Assembly: GCA_050084515.1 (NCBI GenBank)
Contig: CM114271.1
Coordinates: forward strand, 41,602,001 to 41,666,000
DNA from: Blasia pusilla
Taxonomy: Eukaryota
DNA length: 64,000 bases
Direction of reading: 5' to 3'
Shown: positions 52,958 to 64,000 of the stretch, piece after piece
Layout: each line of letters opens with the position of its first letter
Position numbering within the stretch: position 1 is the first letter of the stretch
Notes under the pieces: model-generated
Database searches by the model: none
Told to the model about the DNA's origin: nothing
The model's input: only the letters and a program-made list of their open reading frames with translations
Translations under genes and position numbers: made by a program

Positions 52958-55204
52958 CAACACTACTTCACAAACCACATACGTTATATTATTATGACTC
53001 CTTTGACGTCTAAGTCGGAACCATCAATATAAGATTTTTCTTATATATAGGTGTGGATTAGATTAATGGTGTTGAGAGAAGTAGTATTGATAATCCAGCA
53101 TATAAGCTCAACTAGGCGTAATCCACATACCTAATAGCTAAAAATGAATACGAGTACTCCACAATTGCATGCCATATCTATTTTTACTAGATGTGCTCTT
53201 TATGCACACTACTTTTAAAAAAAATGACACATGATATCTTGTCAATGTCAAACCTTATAACTCTATCCTAATCTTTCATTGAGTGAGAACACTACGATGC
53301 TAAACTATTTCAATAAGTCCTCATCTTTGTATGTCCATTTTGTTACTTATTTGACAGATCAATGAGAGTATGAGCCCTTGTTGCAATGAATAATCTATAA
53401 CCGCCACCAACTTATCGCCACAAAACCTCGGCATTGCCCATACTTAAATTCCATCTTTTCCTCAATCTCTAATGTCGATTACAAAATTTTTAAAAGTAGG
53501 ACTGACCATCAAGAGTCACTCCTTGACCTCTGAAACACTACTTGTCAAACATTATTGGAATTCTCTCTTAACGAATCATCATACAATTCCTCTTATCCGT
53601 GATCAATATGCATATCGAAAATTTACAAACCACATAGATCTTTCCATTATGAATTAAACTTTATGAATTATTGGAATTGATAAAGCAACTCATGTCGCCT
53701 CATGAATATCTCACTACGAGGCATCCTCAAACATTGTCATCACTACCTTCCATGCAATATTCACTTATCAATAATGACAGTCCAAAGTAGATTGTATGAT
53801 TATGATATATTTCATAATACTCAATATACTTCCTCTATCACGAAACTAACCATGCATGGCTATCTAGATCTTTAGTCAATAGGTGGGGATATGATATGCC
53901 CACATGTTACTAGCTAACATGTATCTCTCATATATATGGCTCAAAATACAATAGAGCAACTTATTTTCCTCAAGTGTTTCCAAAGTCCTAGTATGACTCA
54001 AAACCAACATCGCCAAATGTGTATGACCACATGTGGCCACTTAATAGTTAAATGTTTCGCGTGTTTACTAAATGAAATGGTGGAAAGAAAGGAGGTATTT
54101 ATGTATGGGGGGCACGGGATTTTCAATAATTGTCTAGACTTTCTAGTATAATTTTTAAGTTCTATGTGTTTAGTTTACGAGTCCTGGTACTCGCAAATGA
54201 AACTCCAATAAATTATTCTTTGCAAGTTTTGGTTATGGTTAACTCAATAACCACTTGTTGTTTTTAACACTATTTTTTAAGTTCTTAGAGGCTCCCAACA
54301 CTTGCAAAATACTTCATACTCATAAAGGACTCGTAGCGCACTCGCTAAGAAGAAGAACTCACAACTTATCCTTAACTCGTAAAATGCTTGCAAAAGACTC
54401 GCACGATTAATATTTGCACGAGCGTACTACTAGTGACTTGCAAATTAGTAGTCTAGGCCAAGATGGGACTTACAAGCAATCGGTTAGAAATCCCAATCCC
54501 TAGTAGTAATAAAGAAAGAGTGAACCTTACTTGCCATTTTATACAAGATAACGACAAAGATTACTTTCCCCAAAGTAGCACAAATCTAGTCATTAATTTG
54601 TGATTGATACATGAAAGAAGACATGACATATAACATGCATATGGATCAAATAACTGTCATAAATAAAACTTTCCAAGTCCTTATCCATTTGCAAACATCC
54701 TTCCATTTGCATGAACATCTATCGGTCCATCCCCAAATCCATTTGATCCCTATCCTCCATCTATCCCCAACTAGCCTCTTTATGCCTCCTATGTTACTTA
54801 CTATTCTAAGATTTCATATTCTGCATCCTTTAGAGGCGACTAAATCTCATTCCATAAAGTTTCCTCTCCTATATATCATTTGTAACTTTCTATTCTAAGA
54901 TCCGCATTATGTAGGGTTTGAACTTGCTCTTCTTTTTCCAAGATTGATTTTGCTACCACCAATCTATGCCTTGTCATTTGTTTATGTTGGAAAGGTTTGA
55001 ATACATCTACACAACTCAAATTGATACAAAATGCCACGCAGAGAAATATTTGTACCTCATATTTGTGATCCAAAATTTTAGGAAGTGGATAATTATCCAC
55101 GTGAATCATCTAGGACTATGTGATTGTTTTCAAGGAAATTATCATGCACATCTAAAGTCCATTTTTTAAAAATGATTATGTTCAAAATAGAATTAGAGAA
55201 TTTG

Positions 55205-55500
55205 CAAGGTATATATGGACAAAATTTGTGTCCGCGAACATGTCCATATCCGTGGACTTACATCCTTATAGGAAGAAATGCAAGAGTATAGAACACGAAG
55301 GCAAGTGGGGGGAAATGAGATAGAAGGGGAAGGTGGGGTCCACTTGAACAAGGCCCTCTATCTCCACTCCCTTCCCCCCCTTATTTGTCCCACTTGCCCT
55401 TGTCGTACCTTCCATTATGAACTATAAGTGTGGGTCCAACCTCTTGTGATCCATGTCCGTCCTAGCTACGGATTGACTTTTCCGTTTTTGTGCGACCACG
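55205..55500. mobile_element. MITE-like dispersed repeat, copy 3 of 3, with internal inversion
   Basis: Ends colinear with copies 1 and 2; about 55268-55356 matches the reverse complement of 35676-35760. Confidence 0.75.
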
Positions 55501-56115
55501 GGAATTTGTATCATTAGAATTTAGAACACTCCATAAACTTTAGAATACTCCACAAACATCCTATGCTTGGAAGGAATCGTCAACATCTCATAGGAATTGT
55601 ATGTAATGTACACTACAAGTTTCTATTTGTAGATACTCTTAGACAAAATTTTTGGAATCTAAAAATCTCATATACTCCGATACAAACTTTTGGTATGGTG
55701 AAAGAAATGTCCCAAACATCTTATGTATGGTTGGATAGATCTTAATCATACTAAATAACCTTACTATAAGAGTACTTGATACTTTAGATTTTAGTCGATT
55801 TTCTTAATCTTAGATTTTATTGAGAATGTTTTAAAAATGGATTAGGAATTTTATGGATAATATGGTGAAAATTGGAAAGTTGTAATCTTATTTTTTGCAT
55901 CTCAAGGAGATTTTTTAGATAATATGAATCATTCATAAATTCCAAAACCTTTTTCTAATGTGGAGAAATTATACCAAGGATATCTAAGTTCATAATACTC
56001 TTTAAAAAATTAGTTTCTATATATTAGATCTAAGTTCATGATACTCTTTAAAAAAAAAGATAAGGGTCTTTTTGAATGGATTGAGATTATGTGGAATTCA
56101 TTTACAAGGAAATAA

Positions 56116-56220
<105 letters not shown>

Positions 56221-58224
56221 AAAAAGAATATGTTATGGAAAGTATTAATTATTGGGATATTCCATGTATTATATCTTTTGTGATATGGAAATTACTTCAA
56301 AGGAATTTAATAGTTAGAAGAAAAAAAACTCTAAAGTTGAGTGCAAATATAATTATAGGCCCATTTATGAGGACGAAATATATTTGAAGTTAGGAGAATT
56401 CTCCACTTCCTAGCCAAACTTACATGGTACTACTATAAGTCTTATTTCACATAAGCAATGCCTTTGGCCTTGGCCATAAGTCATTCATGTCTTGTAAAAA
56501 TGTGCAATCATATTTTTTTTCCTTTTCTTGGATGCATTCAATCACATATTTTGATAACTTTTTGTAATCTAGACAAGAAGATGCGTTTAACATGTTGAAC
56601 TCCAATAAAAACGATTAGAGTGTGGGATGATAAAGAGATCATATCGCTTTATAAAATTGAAAATAAATGAAAAAAGATAATCCATTCCTAAAATGGGGGA
56701 GATTTGTACACTTAAAAAAGAAAGTAAAACCTCATGCCTAATGAGATGTATGATCGCAAAGATCCCAATAACTATTTGGATCTTCATGCTGTACCCTCCC
56801 CCCCCCCCTCCCAAAGAAGACAAAAAAAAAGAAAGAAGGGAAAATTTTGTCCTTGAAGTAATTTCAATTGTGTCACCATGTGTGTTCAATTGACTTGTCC
56901 CTAGTATCAGTAGTCATCATGCCAACCACCATCGTAAGAGACCTTCTTGCAACATATGTATGCTTGAATGAGAGAATCTCTCATAGAATATGGAATGACA
57001 TCCTCTCTACATGTGGAGGTTGCTCTCTTAAGAAAAAATGACACAATATCTACATACTATCATGAGTATTTATCCGCTTGACCCCAATTGGACAACATCC
57101 CAGATGCATTCAAAGAGAGTCCATATATATATATTTTATAATTTGATATGAGAAATAGATGTCCAATGGCTTCTAAATTTTGAATAATATATAGCAATGT
57201 TACAATTTAGGAATAAAAAATAGAAATATTCTAGTGATGTTATGTGTCCATGTTGAAATGCCTAAACAAGCCTTATACCTTCAAATTAGTTAGTGCAAGA
57301 CTCTCTTATTAACATAAAAAAAAGTTTGGTCAAAATTTGTGCTAAATCTCTAAAGGACTTCATAGATATGTTTCATTGTTAATATTTTACTATTTTATTT
57401 TTACCAATAATATTTTCCTAACTATTTTTATTCAAGTTAGATTTAAATTTAATAACCATATCATTGAAACTTTGGAAATTTATTTATTTTTGTACAATGG
57501 GTATGCCATCAAATATAAAAGTTTTTATGAATACAATTATTCTACTTGTTTTGGTGTCAAACAAATGCATGTAATCTTTTCCTTAGAAGATTTCCTAATA
57601 TTTTATTTCCTTATTTTGAAAAATTATGATTGATTTTGTTCAATATGGATATTTATTTGCATTACATCAAAATCCACAATATTTCTATAATATTAGTTAA
57701 TTTATCTAGAATTTTTTCAAGTTTCAAATTTAAGCATTGTAAAAGTCTTTCATGATGATTTTAAAAAGGACGTGCCTTTCATTTTTGGATTTAAACTCCA
57801 TATTAATAATTTTGCTACGGCTTGATGCATATGAGATGCTAACAAGTATAGTCACATGAGGTTATTGCCATTGCATCGGTATCGATGTTTGTGAGAACTT
57901 CCTTTTCTAAGTGACTTGTTGAGTCAAACAATCATCACATAGTAATATGTGTACTCAAGGAATGTGAAGAAAGAAAGGAATATGTTTTCACCAAGAGTGA
58001 TTTTGTGAGGAAAAAATTAAAATTATTTAGTTTTCACGAAGAGAATACGAGATTGGAGGATAGATAGGTCCATTCATATACTAGAGGGATAGAAAAACAT
58101 GCCTTCTCTTGAGATTTAAGGTTCGGGGTTCATCAATGTTTAACCATTCCGAAGTACATAGGAAACCAATATGCGGCCCGGATTTAGGGTTTTTAAAGAG
58201 GATTCGGGAAGAGGGTTTGAGAGA

Positions 58225-58453
58225 AGACTAATACGATGGGAAGAAAAAAGGGCAAAGACTAAAACGGTGGGAAGAAATGAGGGCAAAGACTAACACGGTG
58301 GGAAGAACGAGTGCAACATGATGCAACTTAGAGCGCTTTCGATTCTTGCGGTGAGAAAAATAATACGACTTGGAATAACCCGGCGGGCAAGAAGAAGAAT
58401 ATAACCCGGCAAGCAAGAAGAAGAATATAAAACGGCAGGCAAGAAGAAGAATA
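58225..58453. repeat. Two adjacent minisatellites: 31 bp x3 and 26 bp x3
   Basis: agactaa.acg.tgggaagaa...gggcaa units at 58225, 58256, 58287; ataacccggc.agcaagaagaagaat units at 58375, 58401, 58427. Confidence 0.85.
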
Positions 58454-61400
58454 CGGCGTGAGAAGAATGGTCCCGTTTGGAGAGAGCATTAATACCGGGG
58501 AATAATTGGACAAAAATGATTTGAATCCATAGAATGCTCCATAAATTGACGTTGGAGAGTTGAGAACTTATATTCTGTAGGAGGACGTCTAAGTCCTCAC
58601 CCTCTCTTGGGAAAATGAGATAAACAATAGGGAGGACGGACCCTTTCCATTTGTGCATAAAAGTAGGAAATATTAAGAATGGGTTTGGTTGGTAAGAGAC
58701 ACGCTGAATTTAGGGAGACCACGTATTTTCTTAGAAGGGAGGTATGAAAATTAAGGGAAGTCCCCTCTCTCTATCCGAAAGAGAAAAACTGTTTGGATCC
58801 CGTGGAGGATCCCATCCTCTCAAGCTCCAAAAGTTCAAGTCATTTCTAATAGCATCGTGAAAGGTTCATTTATCCAAGTCGAACATGTAGAGATAGTAGA
58901 CATGCAAGAAATTGGGTCCATGCACCCTTCTTTTCACGTGCGGGTAGACTCATGTGTCATTATGCTGACTTTGGACAGCATTACTTCTCCATGGTCGTGT
59001 TCGAAGTACGTGGTTTGCCACCGTCCACATCGATTGTTCGCGATTGGATGGATCCTATCCTACGGTCGCACGTAGAGGAGCCCGATTTGTTGTCGTAGAG
59101 GGGGGTGATTAAGTATCGAGGAGTTCGATGGGATATCTGGCCTTTCGTCGTTCGTGTGTCGGTGTCGTCCGATCTCCAAGCTTTCCTTCTGCCGCTCCAC
59201 TTCGAGCCCGCGTCGCACAGTCCACTCAGTCGGGTGAGGATACGTCGCCGTTTCATTCATTCACCGGTCCGTCGTCCGCTCGTGTTCTCGCGCAAGCGTC
59301 GAGCAATCGCTGGCACTCCCTGACGCGCGCAGTAAGAACACGCCGGGGTGACGTAGGCAAGTTGCGCTTCTGAACCGGACGGAAGCGCGAGAGAGGCATG
59401 GCCAGGTGGATATGGTCTCACGGACGGACGGACGGACGGACGGAGGTCGCGTAGACAGACGAGAGGATCCTATTTTCTATATATTATTACATTTCATCTT
59501 GGGCGACCCTACAGGGCCTACGCGAACCAGCGAAGCGAAGCCGAGCCAAGCAAAGCAAAGCGGGCGAGGTGGAGCCGCCCACTGTATCGAATGAATGAAT
59601 GCCGAGTCTCCGAGAGAAGAGCGGGCGGTCCTGGGATACGGGTGCGTTAGGGTTTCGCCGGCAAGGTTGGCAATCGCCGGGGGATGCATTTGGACTTTTG
59701 TTCTCTCGCGTTATGACGGTCAAGCAGGAGGACCGTCAGAAGGAGACGAGAGGGGTGCTTATTTAGCATTTGAGGGGACGAGGGGGGGGGGTGGAGCAGT
59801 CAGGTGGGTTGGTATGGTGGGGCGGTACGAAGCTCCTTGATGATAGTCGTGGTGACCGGAAAACAAGTCAGCGGACGCCATGAAAACTCGCTTTCGCATC
59901 CCATCCCATCCCATCTATGGCTTGAGCTTGGCCTCCGTGGACAACCCACAGTGCCTTTTGGACGGGATTAGTCGGGCGGAGAGAGAGAGAGAGAGAGAGG
60001 TATACAAGATCTTGGATTGATCGACACAGTGGAGGGTCGGAGTTTTGGATTGGGTAGGGAACAAGAGCGACTGGGTGTGCTTGCCGGGATTGCTGATCGC
60101 CTGTGGTGAATAGGGTCGAGTAGCGGTAGAGTTTCGTCGATGACTGAAGGTTAGAGCGATAGGCGTCGCAGCCTGGCAGCTTGGTGTCAAGGGGTAGAAT
60201 AGATAGGAGAGTAGCACGGCGGTCGGTGCTTTCTGCCGCACTGCACGATATTGTCAGGGAAAGTCGAAGGCTCTCCGTTAGGGCCGTGTCTCGTGCGACG
60301 CCGATGTTTCACAGGAAGGAGAGCAGCGGAGCGAGGTGATCGAAGAGCTGATAAGAGAGAGGACCTGTTCGTGACGTGAGTTGGGTTAGCAACGCCAGTT
60401 GAGAAAAGCCGTAAGGGGTGCAACGAGTAGACTTCTGATGCATGGCCCGGGAGTGTGGTGGAGTTCTGTGAGGGATGGATCGTAAGCGGTGGACGTCAGT
60501 GATGGTCGCGCGGCGAATTGAGGGAGCGTGGACCAGGAAGGGGTTTGCATTCTCAGTTCCAGCTTCAAGAGACCGCTCCTTCCTTGCGTTCTTGTACCAC
60601 GGAACGCGCAGAGCTGGATCCTCCTATGGTTGACTTGTCCAGGTTTTTAAGGTGCGGATAGGTGGGCTCAAATTGGACTAGGTGGAAGCCGTGAACGATG
60701 AAGAGTAAGGAAGGGCCTGTCGCATGTCACGATGAGCGTGAGGCAGCTTGGTGCCGGTGGTGCTGTTCTCCTTGACGAGAGCGACATGTTTCGGGTCGAA
60801 CGGTGAGCAAATCGGAATGCCACTGACAGACTGGAATCCGTCGAGTTCTCCGGGGAGGTACTGCATCCGAAACTTCTGTGGTTATATTGAATATACTGCT
60901 TTGTGACAGTCCCCCAAGCTGTTTAGGAATCGCTGGCGGGGGCAGTTGGGCTGAGATGTATTGTCCTCTTTCCGGGCAATACTGATCACTTTGGTCAGGC
61001 AAGGGTTGTCGAAGGTTCTCAGGGTTCTAAGAAGAGCATAAGTATGCCATCTCTGGGTTTTCTGAAACAGTTGTGCATGGGCTCAACGCGCGAGGAGTGT
61101 CGATGGTTTGCAGCCGAGGCCGTTTTGTTCCATAGGCTGGTGGCCTTGGAAACTGCGCTAGTCACAGTGGCGTCGTTCTGGTCTTTGTCCAAGGTGAAGA
61201 GATACGTAGACGAGATGTGCTAACTCACAAGTTGTTCACGGGTTAACCATGCAGATGTTATCTGATTGTCCTTCATTATCCGTCTGAAGGCTAGATGTGA
61301 GCCGTTGACCTGCCAAAGGCTACTCTCGTATAGAGTGGAGTGCGATTCAAGATCCGGTTTACGCTTTTTGGGCCGGTAGCTAGTTACAGTTCTCATGTCG

Positions 61401-61674
61401 GTGCATAGTGGCAAACTTCGCCTAGGCGTTGTCATTAGCTATATGGGCTGTTGTTTTCCTGTATGGAAGCCCTTGCCCATTCACACTCTGAACCGAGTCT
61501 TCCAGACTCCTTCCACAATGTCTTCTGTTGAAGTGGTGCTTTAGATATGCTGGGGTTTGGTTTCGCGGCTGAAATGATATGGGTTTGTTGATATTTGCAG
61601 GATTTCCTCGGAGTTTTGCTAGTCTCTGGACTTAAGATTTCCCGTCAGTGACGCCAAACCTAGCTACCATAGTG

Positions 61675-64000
61675 ATGGACGCCTGTAATTGTTTGGAGCC
61701 ACAATGGTCGGCAGAAGATCTGCTTATGCGATACCAGTACATTTCAGATTTCTTTATTGCGCTTGCTTACTTCTCCATTCCGTTGGAACTTATTTATTTT
61801 GTCAAGAAGTCCGCGGTTTTCCCTTACCGATGGGTATTAGTCCAGTTTGGGGCGTTCATCGTTTTGTGTGGGGCAACCCATCTTATCAGCTTGTGGACCT
61901 TCACCACCCACTCGAAAACTGTAGCTTCAGTTATGACGGTGGCTAAGGTTTTGACCGCCGTTGTTTCTTGTGCGACCGCGCTTATGCTGGTGCACATCAT
62001 TCCAGACCTGCTCAGTGTAAAGACCAGGGAGCTGTTTTTGAAGAACAAAGCAGCCGAGTTGGACCGGGAGATGGGCCTTATCCGCACGCAAGAGGAAACC
62101 GGAAGGCATGTGCGGATGTTGACCCATGAGATTCGAAGTACCTTAGACAGACATACTATCTTGAATACCACCTTGGTGGAGTTGAGAAAGACTTTAGCCT
62201 TAGAAGAATGCACTTTATGGATGCCAACTAGGAACGGTTTAGACTTACAATTGTCGCATACCTTGAGACAATCGAGCCCCATGCCAACTACAGTACCTAT
62301 TCACCATCCAACTATCAAGCAGGTGTTTAGCAGTAACCGTGCTGTCGTTATTTCTCCAAACAGCCCTGTTGCAGTCACAAGACCACGGACAGGAAAGTAC
62401 ATGATTGGAGACGTTGTTGCAGTAAGAGTTCCTCTTCTTCACCTTACTAATTTCCACATAGGGAATTGGCCTGAATCTTCAAAGCGCCCATTTGCTCTCA
62501 TGGTGTTAATGTTGCCCTCCGATAGTGCAAGAAGGTGGCATGTTCACGAGCTGGAGCTAGTGGAAGTTGTTGCGGACCAGGTGAGCATTCATATTCAATG
62601 CGGATAGTTTGCAATGCCGATTGCTTTGTGCACTCTGTTCTCCATGGAGGTTGGCACAGCTGCGTAGTTTGTGTGGAGGGCTGCTGGTGTGTTCAATCAG
62701 CAGATAGCAGTAGTTATACAATCACTAGTCAAAGGAGGAGTGAAACAGTTTGATTCTTGATAAAAGGTCATGTAAAGCAGGTTTCTCCTCTGTCTCAGAG
62801 ATGCATGTCTGGTGCTCTAAATTGTATTTCTGCCTGTTGTTCTCTTCTTCATGCTGGAGCTTTAGTCTGACATAAGCTATAATAGCTGTCTGTACATGCA
62901 ATATTCTGATTCCTAGCACAATCACATTTTCTCTGATTGTTGGAACAATATTTCTTGTCAAGTACAGGTTGCAGTTGCTCTATCTCATGCAGCCATTTTG
63001 GAAGAATCGATGAGGGCCAGGGATCTACTCATGGAGCAAAATGTTGCATTGGACATGGCTCGGAGGGAGGCAGAGACGGCTATCCGTGCCCGCAATGATT
63101 TTCTTGCGGTTATGAACCATGAAATGAGAACACCTATGCATGCGATCATTGCCTTGTCTTCGCTTCTTCAGGAAACTGAAATGACACCAGAACAGAGGTC
63201 TATGGTAGAAACTGTTCTCAAAAGCAGCAATCTACTTGCCACCCTCATCAACGACGTACTAGATTTGTCCAGACTTGAAGACGGTAGTCTTGAGTTGGAT
63301 ATGAGAACTTTCAATCTTCCCCATGTTTTCCGGGAGGTAAAATTTATCTCCAGTTGGCCCATGGTCTTTTGATAAACTTTCTTTACCCAGTGCAATGGAT
63401 GCCAGTTTTGCATTTTTAATTGCATGTAATTCCTCCATTTTGGTGTTGGTTCTTAGTTTCTGGTCTCGATCTGACACCGTGATTGCCAATGCTGGTTTTC
63501 AGGTAATGAATTTGGTTAAACCTATTGCTTCTGTAAAGAAGCTTTCAGTATCGCTTAGTCTGCACCCAGAGCTTCCTGAGTATGCAGTGGGTGATGACAA
63601 ACGGCTAATGCAAACTGCCCTCAACGTGGTCGGAAATGCAGTGAAGTTTACGAAGGAGGGTAGTGTGACTGTTAATGTATGTCTTGAAAGACCAGAGTAC
63701 TTACGTGATGCTCGGTTCCCAGATTTCCAGCCAGCACATGGAGAGCACCATTGCTATATCAGAGTACAGGTATGACCATCTGTTGAATTTCAATGTTCCC
63801 TGCAGGAATGTATCTTTTGAAATCCCTAGTGTAGTGCGGTTGCAGGCTGTTGTGTCATCTCACCATCTGTCTGGAGTTGCAGGTGCGGGACACAGGATTA
63901 GGATTGAATCCACAGGATATTCCTAAGCTATTCAACAAATTTGTTCAAGCTGATTCCACTACTACTAGGAACTACGGGGGTACTGGTCTTGGTCTGGCCA
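61675..64000 (+). CDS. ETR1: Ethylene receptor, subfamily I (ETR1/ERS1-type): 3 TM, GAF, histidine kinase; 3' part outside the window
   Basis: Exons 61675-62580, 62968-63336, 63503-63769 and 63883-end. [23 protein letters not shown], Cu-binding [13 protein letters not shown]-box [14 protein letters not shown]-box [12 protein letters not shown]1 VRDTGLGL, G2 GGTGLGL. Probable 5' UTR intron acceptor at 61599-61600. The receiver domain is outside the window, so ERS1 cannot be excluded. Confidence 0.96.

Noticed and set aside
55983..56056. About 27-bp direct repeat with a short spacer, CRISPR-like at first glance
   Set aside because: Only two units in eukaryotic AT-rich DNA with no cas genes; a simple local duplication.
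58225..58317. 31-bp repeats considered as a CRISPR array
   Set aside because: Units are head-to-tail with no unique spacers.
61648..61674. In-frame GTG giving a 9-aa N-terminal extension of ETR1
   Set aside because: Homology starts at ATG 61675 ([11 protein letters not shown]); there is no evidence for non-AUG initiation.

Overview
Eukaryotic nuclear DNA from a land plant, most likely a non-seed plant such as a bryophyte (inferred from gene sequences and transposon types). Four intron-containing host genes lie on the + strand: the last two exons of a plastid-type aspartate aminotransferase (3-753), a complete SP1/MUL1-family RING E3 ligase of the SPL2 type (4018-7081), an F-box/LRR gene resembling Arabidopsis At5g67140 (12638-16181), and the 5' part of a subfamily-I ethylene receptor, ETR1-like (61675 to window end). 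About 40 kb (20-58 kb) is mostly decayed, nested transposons: Ty1/copia, Ty3/gypsy, RLE-type (CRE-like) non-LTR retrotransposon fragments, MITEs, DNA-transposon remnants and long microsatellites. A gypsy integrase tail with a PHD finger and one of the four CRE-like fragments lie upstream at 10.5-11.7 kb. The most notable observations are a tandemly duplicated, probably mutually exclusive exon in SPL2; a CRE-like retroelement family with an IADD RT motif and a candidate 3' end beside a (CT)93 tract; perfect fold-back insertions in dead elements; and a MITE copy with an internal inversion. All homology calls come from motif recognition by eye; no searches were run.
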